Assembly: GCA_963716985.1 (NCBI GenBank)
Contig: OY970323.1
Location: 96,001-160,000 of the forward strand
Reading direction: 5' to 3'
Length of the DNA: 64,000 nucleotides
Source: an uncultured bacterium
Lineage (GTDB): Bacteria > Chlamydiota > Chlamydiia > Chlamydiales > SM23-39
The notes below the pieces were generated by a model that worked only from the letters and a program-made list of their open reading frames with translations, was not told the origin of the DNA and ran no database searches. This document shows positions 1-9,227 of the stretch, in pieces. Each line of letters begins with the position of its first letter. Positions within the stretch are counted from its first letter, which is position 1. The position numbers and the translations under genes were made by a program.

Positions 1-115
1 CAAGGTATCGTATTTTGATTAATAAAAATTGACCTGCCCCCAAAGATCCGCATAAAAGGGGGGGCTTCTCTGTGAAAAGGAAAGGATACGTAGAGAGGTT
101 TGTCTTTTTGCCATC

Positions 116-967
116 TCAATTCCCAATTTCTTTATCAGGCGTTGTTTGTGTTATTGCGGGCGGTAAATAATTTTCTCTAGAGACTACTTTTTTCTGAGTT
201 TTTTCTTCCAGCTCTATTCGTGCCTTTTTTGCGATATTACCACCTGTTTTTGCGGCAGTTTTGTTTTCGACCATGCCAGCTGCATCAGTGCTTTCAGCTA
301 TTTGCCTTGTAGAGAGTTCGGCCAGAGCGGTAAAGATTAGCTCGGCTTCGCTCATGTGATCGCGTAGGTTTTGGGTTTTCAATCCTTTGAGATCTTTGTG
401 TTGTTTTACTGATATACCCGCCCATTCTTGATGAATGATGTTAGTGAGGATTGCAAATTCTCGTGTCTCTTTAATGTCATGGTCTTTCCAATAATCGGTG
501 AGTTTATTGCGCGTCTCTTGACCCATCATGCGCTGTTGAATCCATTTTTCACTTCGTCCATGTTTCTGCCAGGTTTCTCTAGCTCTATCCAACGATCTTT
601 CTGGATCAGTCATTTCTTGTATGCGTTCATACCCTACTTTTGCCAGCCAAAGTTTTATCGGCTCTGCTTTTGGACTGGGGATTGATTGGATCAGTCGTAA
701 TACGGTTTCAGCATTGGCAACATCTGTGAGATATTTTTTACCGTCAGCGGCTTCCAATTTCAGTCGCTTACAATTTGTAAGCGACTGACTGCCTTCTTTA
801 TTGAGTCTGGTTTTTAAAACGTTCCAGTAGTTTCTAGCTGCCTGAAAATCAGATTGTTGAGTCAATATCTGAACGATATCTATGACGGAAAAATACCAGG
901 TTTCCGTTTCTTCGTCATACAGGCGACGTACTTTGTAGTCCTCAAAAAGGATCAAGTCATTTTTCAT
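116..967 (-). CDS. Bro-N domain (phage antirepressor-like) protein
   Basis: N-terminus VRRLYDEETETWYFSVIDIV...ARNYWNVLKTRL, then RLIQSIPSPKAEPIKLWLAKVGYERI, typical of this family. Confidence 0.75.
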   Translation of the reverse strand: MKNDLILFEDYKVRRLYDEETETWYFSVIDIVQILTQQSDFQAARNYWNVLKTRLNKEGSQSLTNCKRLKLEAADGKKYLTDVANAETVLRLIQSIPSPKAEPIKLWLAKVGYERIQEMTDPERSLDRARETWQKHGRSEKWIQQRMMGQETRNKLTDYWKDHDIKETREFAILTNIIHQEWAGISVKQHKDLKGLKTQNLRDHMSEAELIFTALAELSTRQIAESTDAAGMVENKTAAKTGGNIAKKARIELEEKTQKKVVSRENYLPPAITQTTPDKEIGN

Positions 968-1050
968 AAGTTGGATTCCAAATAGTGCTTGTCAGTATAG
1001 ACTTGAGGAAGAATTCCTTTCAAAGAAAAGTCTCATCATCAATTGATAAC

Positions 1051-1144
1051 AAAATATTTCCGTATTTTCCCATAAAGAACCTTCTTCCGACACTTTGGAA
1101 TGAATACAACTTGGGGGGTCCACCGGTCAAACCAGTGGCGTACC
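1051..1144 (-). mobile_element. IS200/IS605-family remnant (end hairpin fused to a tnpA fragment)
   Basis: Minus strand reads GGTACGCCACTGGTTTGACCGGTGGACCCCC (hairpin end), directly followed by codons for VVFIPKCRKKVLYGKIRKYF, similar to a TnpA(Y1) N-terminal segment. Confidence 0.6.
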
Positions 1145-1170
1145 TATCGGCAGTTATTTTTTTACGATCC

Positions 1171-1218
1171 CTTAGCGAAGAAATACCCAAAGGCGCCTGT
1201 CGAGTGTTTTTTGACTAG
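1171..1218 (+). pseudogene. 3' remnant of a third copy of the small core gene
   Basis: Encodes LSEEIPKGACRVFFD*, matching the C-termini of 2811-3032 (LSEEIPEGGHKVFFD*) and 23445-23666 (LGEEIPKGEYRVFFG*). Confidence 0.75.
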
Positions 1219-1431
1219 TGCTCTGTCATTAAAATTTGCGCTCTACGCACCCGTTGTGATGTTCCCTTGAGTTTTTTGATTACCTCTTCGAGCTGACTTC
1301 GTTCGTCTGGTGAAAGGCGAACAATATATTTTTTTTTCATGATTGTTACCATTTTTGTTAGTAAAGGAAGGAAATGGTAGCAAAAATTTTAATGCTTGTA
1401 ACTCTAAATTTTAACTATGACAGAGCACTAG
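1215..1431 (-). mobile_element. Internally deleted IS630-family element (MITE-like)
   Basis: 15-bp inverted ends CTAGTGCTCTGTCAT (1215-1229) and ATGACAGAGCACTAG (1417-1431) with TA/CTAG termini. The minus-strand 41-aa ORF 1215-1340 (MKKKYIVRLSPDERSQLEEVIKKLKGTSQRVRRAQIL) resembles an IS630 transposase N-terminus. Confidence 0.75.
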
Positions 1432-1445
1432 CCAGATGGTAAGCA

Positions 1446-2334
1446 ATGTCTAAACTTCCATACGTTTTTCTTGCTCTCCCGCATGAGTTTTTGACGGAGG
1501 ATTTTTTAAAAGATCCTGTCATGATGCGCTTTGTTGTATGGATGTTCAAACGTATCTCTCCCAACTCTTCGTTGGTTCCTTTGAAGGGAATGAGCAAGCA
1601 GCTGCTTCTCGATCCATTTGAATTCATGTTTGGTAGAGAAAGATGCGCTTTGGCCGCGGGCATCTCCCTCAAAAATGCACGTACAAGGCTGGAACAGCTA
1701 ATCGGCCTTGGATATATCAAAAAGGTGGCCGGCAAAGGGGCCAGCACTTATTCGGTTTATTGCCTAGAGACGGGAGCTCTTCGTCAGAGTGTTAACGGCC
1801 AGCAAAATGAACAGCAGCTAGAACAACAGACCGGCCAGCGAACGGGCCACAATCTAGAAGCGCAGATCCCAGATCTTAAAATTATAAAAGAGACGCCTAA
1901 CGTTATCTTGAAAACGGTCGACAGGTCGCCTTTTTCAGACAAACAGAAAAGGGATCTTCAAGGATTGCTTGCATATTGCCAAGATAAGGAGCTTCGGATT
2001 TCAGAGCGCGCCTTGAGAAGATGGATTCGTCTCTATGAATCGGAGCGTATAACGGATCATCTCTCATTGTTGCTAAAGGGGGTCGAAGGAATTAAAAAAC
2101 CTGAGGCATGGATGGAGGTGGCCTTGAAAGAAAATTATTCTGGTCAGAATAGCAACATCAAAGTGAATCGGCTTTTTACAGAGGGATTTGTGCGAAGAAA
2201 TAATTGGACTGATATCAAAATAACGCAATCCTACTGCACTCACCCGCCTTCCGGCAAAGATTACTCGTTTAAATTGCCTCCAAGATTTTCGGGGAATGTT
2301 GGTCGATTGCTTCGAGCAATACAGCCAAAATTAG
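1446..2334 (+). pseudogene. Phage-type replication initiator, frameshifted near the C-terminus (ORF reads through to 2486)
   Basis: Highly similar to 22078-22968. A 2-bp deletion near 2283 (CCTCCAAGATTTT vs CCTCCAGAAGGTTTT) bypasses the ancestral TAG at 2332-2334. Confidence 0.75.
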
Positions 2335-2344
2335 GAAGGAAAGC

Positions 2345-2827
2345 TTGGAAGCAAAGATCAAATCTCCTGAAAATTCAGGAAAAATACAGGCGAAGGGAAA
2401 ATATAAGAAGGGATGCTCAGGCAATCCGAATGGAAAGCCAAAAGGCGCGCGAAATAAAGCCACCCTGGCAGCAGAAGCCCTTTTAGAAGGTTCTTTAGAC
2501 AAAATCTGCAAGAAAGTCGAAGAAGAGGCTTTAAACGGAAACATGCAGGCCGCAAAAATGATCTTGGAGAGATTTTTGCCGCCCAGAAAAGATCGATGCA
2601 TCGAAATCGCCCTCCCCTCGATAGACACCTTCAAAGATGTGCTCAATGCCGTTGGATTTATCGTCAATGCAGTAGGGAAGGGCAAGATCACTCCTTCTGA
2701 GGGAGAATTGCTCGCTAAAACGGTAGAAAGCTATTCAAAGGCTCTAGAGGCTTGCGAATTCGAATCCAGACTAAAGAGCTTAGAAGAAAATCTAAATGAT
2801 AGGGGTAAACATGAAACTAGCAAATAG
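2345..2827 (+). CDS. DUF5681 domain protein (terminase small subunit-like)
   Basis: KKGCSGNPNGKPKGARNK motif. Near-identical to 22979-23461; start is TTG here and ATG there. Confidence 0.75.
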   Translation: MEAKIKSPENSGKIQAKGKYKKGCSGNPNGKPKGARNKATLAAEALLEGSLDKICKKVEEEALNGNMQAAKMILERFLPPRKDRCIEIALPSIDTFKDVLNAVGFIVNAVGKGKITPSEGELLAKTVESYSKALEACEFESRLKSLEENLNDRGKHETSK

Positions 2828-3032
2828 AAAACGGGTGGAGGTGTTAGAAAAGGCTTGTAATCCAGAGAGGGGGAAACCCTCTTATGCCTTGGTCATATAC
2901 AGCCCTGAAATATCAGATCAAATTTCTGGACTTGATGTAGATGCTGATTTTGTAGTGGCTTTGCCTGATAATGGAAGAGGCGATCTCAGCGAGGAAATAC
3001 CCGAAGGAGGACACAAGGTGTTTTTTGATTGA
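2811..3032 (+). CDS. Small conserved hypothetical protein of the element core
   Basis: Overlaps the DUF5681 stop; close paralogue at 23445-23666. Confidence 0.7.
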   Translation: MKLANRKRVEVLEKACNPERGKPSYALVIYSPEISDQISGLDVDADFVVALPDNGRGDLSEEIPEGGHKVFFD

Positions 3033-3060
3033 ACTGGAGTTGTTTTGCATGAAGTTTAAG

Positions 3061-3219
3061 GATAATTTTGCCGGCGCTGGCAAGTCAATCCTTCAGTTGG
3101 TTACAAAATGTAACCATCTCACTGCACTTTACCGGCGCGGGTAACCCAATAATGAACGGAAAAGGAATTGCTCATGCCCAGAAGTGCCCATTCAGATTTG
3201 ACTCCAAGAACTTACTGAT
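3061..3219 (+). pseudogene. Fragmented dinD-like remnant with palindromic cassettes
   Basis: Segments read DNFAGAGKSI, HFTGAGNPIMNGKG, IAHAQK and QELTD, matching pieces of DinD 23729-24616 at the syntenic position. Confidence 0.6.
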
Positions 3220-3384
3220 CGCTATCTCCTTGATAATTACGTAGGTATGACTAAGGTGCGGTTTTTTATGCATAGCACTACACAGTAAAATGCATAGTCG
3301 TGCTACAGGCGCCGTATAATTGAGTAGCTATTGCCCCAGAAGGAAGGCAAAACGCAACGATTTCCAATGACCCTCTCCCATAAA

Positions 3385-3993
3385 CTATTTATAGGCCAAC
3401 CCGTTATGATGGCACCATTCGACTGCTGTTTTGCGTAATCGATTCTTTTGGTATTCGTACCACTGATCTTGAATCTTATAGGCTTGAATTGCCGTATGGA
3501 ATCTCCCAAATGCACCCTTTCCTCTAATAGCGCGAGCAAGGACTTCTTGCATTTTGCTGTCTTCCAACGAGAAAACAAACTCTTCCATGATCTCATACTT
3601 GTTTAATTCCCATCGGGAAGGAAGCGGAACGTACTCATCCGAATCTAAAACACTTGCATCGAGTTCAGATTCATCATCCTGTTCCATTTCTTCAATTTCC
3701 GTCAGTGAGAGAATTTCTCCAGAGGTTCGATTCACATAAAACGAGATGCAATCTGATTGCATATCAAACGCGTCGACCAGTTGAATGAGGTCGACAGGGT
3801 TCTCACCTTTCTTTACTCCGTCGTTTTTCATAAGACTGTTCAGCTTTTCCCTCTCTTCCATTAATTTTGCCTCCTCCCAGGTAAGACCAAAGGGAGCGCC
3901 ACCTTCCGTATGTCCAGCAATAAATTGAAAGTTTTCATCACACTCTGGCTCATCCAAATACAGCGCTGCATTTTTTCTCTTGCGGTTTCTCAT
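3385..3993 (-). CDS. UPF0158 family protein with N-terminal FIAGHTEGGAPFGLTWEE extension
   Basis: YEIMEEFV...LARAIRGKGAFGRF...QWYEY...AVEWC signature. Confidence 0.75.
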   Translation of the reverse strand: MRNRKRKNAALYLDEPECDENFQFIAGHTEGGAPFGLTWEEAKLMEEREKLNSLMKNDGVKKGENPVDLIQLVDAFDMQSDCISFYVNRTSGEILSLTEIEEMEQDDESELDASVLDSDEYVPLPSRWELNKYEIMEEFVFSLEDSKMQEVLARAIRGKGAFGRFHTAIQAYKIQDQWYEYQKNRLRKTAVEWCHHNGLAYK

Positions 3994-4015
3994 GTTTTGC
4001 TCCGATGCAGATCGA

Positions 4016-4849
4016 TTATTTTGAATGATAAATCCATGAGAAAATATCGGGCAAATGTCCCCAAAAGTACTCGAATGGTCGGAGATCTTTCACCTGATGG
4101 TGCAGCATATTTTTCCATTCGGATAAAAACTCCGATTTTTGAGGATGTTGCTCAATCGTTATCAGGTTGGGCATTGGCATTTTTTTAAAGGCGCATTTGC
4201 CTTTGAGTGATTCTAAGAGTTTGGCTATATCGGTAAGGCGATGTCGATCTTGGTAAAGATGAACGACGTCATACAGATCCCGAGGACGGGCTCGTTCTGC
4301 AAGAGCACGCAGCTTCTCAGCAAAAATCTCTTCATAGGAATAACTTAAAATTTGTGGCACAACGCTTGGCCGATCAGAATAGTCATGAAAAATCACTCGC
4401 TTTTCAGGCTTGAGCACAATTTGTTCGTCAGCTGTGAGATCGAGTTTAATAGAAGGATAGGGAACTGGCTGTTTCAATGGGCCTCGATAGGACAGCTTAC
4501 CTTGCACCGACAGGCTGCGATGAGGGTCTAGGGAGATCAGATTTTCAGGAATTTCAATCCCCGACTGATCATAGACCCACTGCGCGATCTCTTTTAAGAT
4601 AGGCCGCAGTGCTTCTTCTTTCATTTGCTGAGAATCCAGTAGAGTGAAGTCCAAATCTTCCGAAAATCGATAGTGATTAAAAAAGCATTTTTTAAGGCAT
4701 GTGCCACCTTTAAAAACCCACGAATCTCTCGTTTGCGGATGATTTTGGATGCCGATCAGCATCCATCCCAAAACATAATCTTTCTCAATAGTGGAAGACT
4801 GTAATCCAAACTCTTTTGCTTTTCGCGAAATTTCAAATTTATTAATCAT
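4016..4849 (-). CDS. abiEii: Type IV TA toxin, AbiEii/AbiGii nucleotidyltransferase
   Basis: IEKDY, FKGGTCLKK, RFSEDLDF, EKLRAL and RPRDLYD motifs. Confidence 0.92.
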   Translation of the reverse strand: MINKFEISRKAKEFGLQSSTIEKDYVLGWMLIGIQNHPQTRDSWVFKGGTCLKKCFFNHYRFSEDLDFTLLDSQQMKEEALRPILKEIAQWVYDQSGIEIPENLISLDPHRSLSVQGKLSYRGPLKQPVPYPSIKLDLTADEQIVLKPEKRVIFHDYSDRPSVVPQILSYSYEEIFAEKLRALAERARPRDLYDVVHLYQDRHRLTDIAKLLESLKGKCAFKKMPMPNLITIEQHPQKSEFLSEWKNMLHHQVKDLRPFEYFWGHLPDIFSWIYHSK

Positions 4850-5646
4850 TCTTTTAGTCCTTCAGGAATCCATAATTTCCATTTTTTGATGAGACGCTTG
4901 CCCTTGGACGAAGGATCTAATTGTGAATTTCCTTCGCTAAGGTGTCCTAGACAATATGCAATCCAATTAACTTCTTGCGGCTTTATTTTCGACAAAATGA
5001 ATCCTAATCTTTTGAATATTGTTTTGTTTTTCATCTTGTCTGTGTATTGAACTAATATGTTTAAATCGCAATTGCTTGAGGCTAGGTATTGTTGGAACAA
5101 ATCAATCACGGAACGAATCCCTCCTCCAGTGGCAGGATCATCCAACATATCGATGATTGTTTTATGAGGATCGGATACTTGGACTTTCATTTGATCTTTC
5201 CAGATGGTCTTGAGTCCAAACATTTTGTCGGGCGCTGATTTTTTTATCAAAAATGCCAATCCTGCAACAAATTGCCCTTTCTGATTTAGGCGTCGAGAGG
5301 TAAAGACGATGGTCGATTCGAAAATCTGTTCGGTGAGACCCCAATACTGGGCCGCAGACCATCCTCCGATATAGCAGGGAGAAAAGATTTGAGAGGCTAT
5401 TATCCATGGATCGAGAGGGCCGCCATCGGGAGTTTCTGCAGCTATGTCTACTGGGAAATATAGCCCCCGCCTGACTCTTCGCAGCCAGCCATTTTTTGCC
5501 CATGAGGACAGATACAGTCTTGCCTGCTCCCTTGAGACGTTTAATGTTTCTGCTACCAAACTTACTGATATGCAACCTTTTGAATTGCGAAGCACCTCTG
5601 AAAGTCTCTTACGAGATAATTTGCCCAGCCCCGCCAACTCATCCAT
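4846..5646 (-). CDS. abiEi: Type IV TA antitoxin AbiEi (wHTH plus C-terminal domain)
   Basis: GWLRRVRRGLY, YIGGWSAAQYWGLTEQ and SDPHKTIID motifs; 4-bp overlap with the toxin gene. Confidence 0.88.
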   Translation of the reverse strand: MDELAGLGKLSRKRLSEVLRNSKGCISVSLVAETLNVSREQARLYLSSWAKNGWLRRVRRGLYFPVDIAAETPDGGPLDPWIIASQIFSPCYIGGWSAAQYWGLTEQIFESTIVFTSRRLNQKGQFVAGLAFLIKKSAPDKMFGLKTIWKDQMKVQVSDPHKTIIDMLDDPATGGGIRSVIDLFQQYLASSNCDLNILVQYTDKMKNKTIFKRLGFILSKIKPQEVNWIAYCLGHLSEGNSQLDPSSKGKRLIKKWKLWIPEGLKE

Positions 5647-5708
5647 GGTACATCCAAGGCGTTAATCGTGTTTGAAAAGATAGGTTATCCATGATTTAGA
5701 TGTACCAT
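5645..5708. promoter_or_regulatory. Possible AbiEi autoregulatory operator (inverted repeat)
   Basis: ATGGTACATCCAA (5645-5657) and TTAGATGTACCAT (5696-5708) match 12/13 as inverted repeats at the abiEi start. AbiEi proteins are known to bind promoter IRs. Confidence 0.35.
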
Positions 5709-5773
5709 AAGGGTATGTTTTAACCAAAGAAAAAATATGCTTTTGTTTTATTTTCAATGATTTAAATACACCC

Positions 5774-6541
5774 CTATTCTTGATCTCGGAGGTGTTTTCG
5801 GACAGCTGCCCGATAGTTGCAAAAATCGCAGGATTCTTTCGGCTCTGGACATATTGGCTCTTCAAGACAATTTCGAATCTGGAATAGGGTCGACTCTACC
5901 CAGGAGTCATCCCCGGTGTAAGGAATAATGGAAATCGAAAATTCGAGTTTTCCTTCGAACCCCTCTTTAGAAGTATCTCCATTGCAATAGACGAAATAGC
6001 CGGTGTTCGACACCTTGAAGTCTTTATGCCTCAAAAGCCACTGATAAACTTCCATCTGGTTTTTGTAAGATTGGCGATATTCCTCATCAAGCGTTATTTC
6101 TTTACTGGTACTCGTGGCCTTGTAATCGACGACAATCAATTCTCCAGCAGGGGTAACCCACAAATCATCCACGGCCCCGCTGACCAGAAAATTCGAGGCT
6201 TCGTGCAAATATTGGACTCCTTTGAAATTTTGACGCCATGCATCGAGGTCGGCGTGGGCGAAAGGAATGGCGTTGATCCCATACTTGACCATCAGGGGAT
6301 GCGGTTCCCCTCTAACCCTGTAAATATCAAATTCCTTTTTTAAGAGCGTGTCGACCGCCGTGTTCAAAGTAAAAGGCAAGGAGCCGGGGTGACCTGTACC
6401 ACACCGTCTATCGAGGTAAAAGCAGCATGGGCAGCTAAGAAAATCTTGGATTTTTGAACGACTGAGTTTGAAAGGTTTCTTTTGCCCCTTCGTAAATAAA
6501 TTTCTTGATCTTTGCGGAGTGTATAAACTCATTATTTTCAT
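5774..6541 (-). CDS. PD-(D/E)XK nuclease (Cas4/AddB-like)
   Basis: SRSKIQDFLSCPCCFY, GAVDD, IVVDYKAT, QMEVY and CDFC motifs. Confidence 0.85.
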   Translation of the reverse strand: MKIMSLYTPQRSRNLFTKGQKKPFKLSRSKIQDFLSCPCCFYLDRRCGTGHPGSLPFTLNTAVDTLLKKEFDIYRVRGEPHPLMVKYGINAIPFAHADLDAWRQNFKGVQYLHEASNFLVSGAVDDLWVTPAGELIVVDYKATSTSKEITLDEEYRQSYKNQMEVYQWLLRHKDFKVSNTGYFVYCNGDTSKEGFEGKLEFSISIIPYTGDDSWVESTLFQIRNCLEEPICPEPKESCDFCNYRAAVRKHLRDQE

Positions 6542-6734
6542 CCAGATTTATTATCGTAATATATCAGATTTGTGTTTTGTATGCACATTTTGTTTTGTAT
6601 AATGTGTTCTAAAGCAAATTGTTTAGGTAAGTTTGGATGGATCTAGTCGATTTGCTTTGTTACAATGATCGATCGGGTCCGATCGGAGTGAAAATCGGAA
6701 CGAATGGCTAACTGATCGATGATGGAAAAAGCTT

Positions 6735-8189
6735 ATGTTCGAACAAACGTTCAAAAACATTGACGATATTCTTCACAAAGATGCCGGCTGTTCCAGCGAG
6801 CTGGACTACACTGAGCAGACTTCATGGCTCCTATTTTTGAAATATTTAGACGCGCTAGAAAACGATAAAGCGATGGAGGCTGAGTTAAGCGGAAAAACAC
6901 ATCCTCACATTCTTGAAACCGCTTATCGCTGGGGAAGTTGGGCTGCGCCGAAAGGCAAAGATGGAAAGATTGATCACAATGTGGCCCTAACCGGAGACGA
7001 CTTGCTGGTTTTCGTGAATCAGAAGCTTTTCCCCTACTTAGTTGGATTCAAATCCAAAGCGACGGGTCCGAATACCATCGAATACAAGATCGGGGAGATT
7101 TTCGGGGAAATAAAAAATCGCATCCAGAGTGGCTACAACCTGCGCGAAATCGTTGATCGCATTGATGAACTGCAATTCCGCTCGCAGACAGAGAAGCATG
7201 AATTGTCTCACCTCTACGAAGCCAAGATCAAGAACATGGGCAACGCCGGGCGCAATGGTGGTGAGTATTACACTCCTCGCCCGCTCATCCGCGCCATAGT
7301 AAAAATAGTGCAGCCGAAGATCGGTGAAACAATCTATGACGGTGCAGTCGGTTCAGCAGGCTTTTTGTGCGAGGCATTCGATTACCTAAGGTCAAAGGGT
7401 AACCTCACCACAAAAGATCTCACCACGCTCCAGACGAGCACTTTCTATGGTAAAGAGAAAAAACCTCTTGCCTATGTCATCGCAATCATGAACATGATCC
7501 TGCATGGCATTGAGGCTCCAAACATCTTGCGCACCAATACGCTATCTGAGAATCTTGCCGACATTCAGGAAAAGGATCGCGTGGACGTGATCCTCGCCAA
7601 TCCGCCCTTCGGCGGCAAAGAACGTAAGGAAGTCCAACAAAACTTCTCCATTCGCACTGGCGAAACAGCCTTTCTATTCCTTCAGCACTTCATCAAGATG
7701 CTTAAGTCTGGTGGCCGAGCTGGAATAGTCATCAAAAACACTTTTCTTTCCAATCCTGACAACGCTTCAGTGAGTCTACGCAAACTCTTGCTAGAAAACT
7801 GTAATCTGCACACCGTGCTCGACTGTCCTGGCGGCACGTTTCAAGGGGCTGGTGTAAAAACCGTAGTACTCTTCTTCGAAAAAGGCACAAAAACGCGGAA
7901 AACGTGGTTCTACCAGCTAGACCCCTGCCGCAACCTCGGTAAAACCAATCCGCTCAACGATGCCGATCTCGCCGAGTTCATTGAATTGCAGAAGACCTTT
8001 GTCGAATCGCCCAAGAGCTGGAGTGCGGATGTTAATAGCATTGACCAGATGACTTTTGACCTCTCTGTGAAAAACCCGAATAGCGGCGAGGCGGTGACTT
8101 ACCGTAGTTCAACCGAGATTTTGGATGAGATTTCCACACTGGATGATGAGAGCGCAGAGGTACTAGCGAACATCAGGGGGCTGCTATGA
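6735..8189 (+). CDS. hsdM: Type I RM N6-adenine methyltransferase
   Basis: GEYYTPR, YDGAVGSAGFL and NPPF motifs. Confidence 0.95.
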   Translation: MFEQTFKNIDDILHKDAGCSSELDYTEQTSWLLFLKYLDALENDKAMEAELSGKTHPHILETAYRWGSWAAPKGKDGKIDHNVALTGDDLLVFVNQKLFPYLVGFKSKATGPNTIEYKIGEIFGEIKNRIQSGYNLREIVDRIDELQFRSQTEKHELSHLYEAKIKNMGNAGRNGGEYYTPRPLIRAIVKIVQPKIGETIYDGAVGSAGFLCEAFDYLRSKGNLTTKDLTTLQTSTFYGKEKKPLAYVIAIMNMILHGIEAPNILRTNTLSENLADIQEKDRVDVILANPPFGGKERKEVQQNFSIRTGETAFLFLQHFIKMLKSGGRAGIVIKNTFLSNPDNASVSLRKLLLENCNLHTVLDCPGGTFQGAGVKTVVLFFEKGTKTRKTWFYQLDPCRNLGKTNPLNDADLAEFIELQKTFVESPKSWSADVNSIDQMTFDLSVKNPNSGEAVTYRSSTEILDEISTLDDESAEVLANIRGLL

Positions 8190-9227
8190 GGGATGGATGG
8201 CAGAAAAAAAGGCTGGGTGAGGTTTGCGAAATCATCAAGGGCCGGAAACCAGCGCTGAAAAAAAAACCTTTGAATGACGATTTACCTTACTTGGTCGCGA
8301 AAGTGATGCGAGGAAGCAAAGAGGCCGAATACGCATCATTAAAAGACAGAAACTCGATTCTGGTTAACGAATCAGAGACTATCATCATCTGTGACGGATC
8401 AAACTCTGGCGAAGTCTTTACTGGATTTCGGGGAATACTTTCTTCAACTATGGGAAAAATCTCTAAGAAAACAGAGATTGATGACAACTACCTTCAAGCA
8501 TTTCTTACTTCTACATTTGAAGTCTTCAATGGAGCAAAGTCCGGCGCTGCAATTCCTCATCTCGATAAGGAAGCCTTCTATCAGCTTGAATTTCCCCTCG
8601 CACCCCTCCCTGAACAACAGCGAATCGTCGCCATTCTCGATGAAGCATTTGACGCCATTGCAATTGCCAAAACTAACGCCGAAAAGAACCTCCATAACAC
8701 TCGAACCCTTTTCGAAAGCCAACTCCAATCTATCTTCGCGGAGTCGTGGCAAACATGCGAATTGGTAAAACTTTCAGACTTATCAAGTAATATCACAGAC
8801 GGGGATCATTTGCCGCCGCCGAAATCTTCAAAGGGTGTTCCGTTCATAACCATCGGAAACATCGCAAAGGAAACTCACAAGATTAACTTTGCTGATACAT
8901 TCATGGTGTCGCACTCGTACTTTGATGCGCTAAAACCTCACAAGAAACCGAAAAAAGGTGACGTTCTTTACACAGTTACAGGATCTTTTGGCATTCCGGT
9001 AATCGTGGATGATACTATTGATTTTTGCTTCCAACGACACATCGGACTGATTCGCCCGAAACTTGAAACGAATAGTTCTTGGTTATATTACCTACTCATG
9101 TCTCCGCAAGTGTTCAAGCAGGCAAAGGAAGGAGCAACAGGCACTGCGCAAAAAACCGTTTCCTTGAAACTATTGCGCGGTTTTGAGGTACCAAAAGTCT
9201 GGGGTGTGACAAATTGATAGTTGACCA

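Noticed and set aside
30..66. TGACCTGCCCCC, resembling an IS3-family terminal repeat
   Set aside because: No partner repeat or transposase in the window; too short to call.
985..1218. 77-aa ORF in the track
   Set aside because: A chance read-through of IS200 scar DNA into the remnant tail of the small core gene.
5774..6541. Cas4-like gene as evidence for CRISPR-Cas
   Set aside because: No repeat-spacer array or other cas genes seen in the window.
6630..6725. Cluster of GATC/CGAT sites upstream of hsdM as a methylation switch
   Set aside because: GATC is frequent throughout the window and no cognate methyltransferase is evident.
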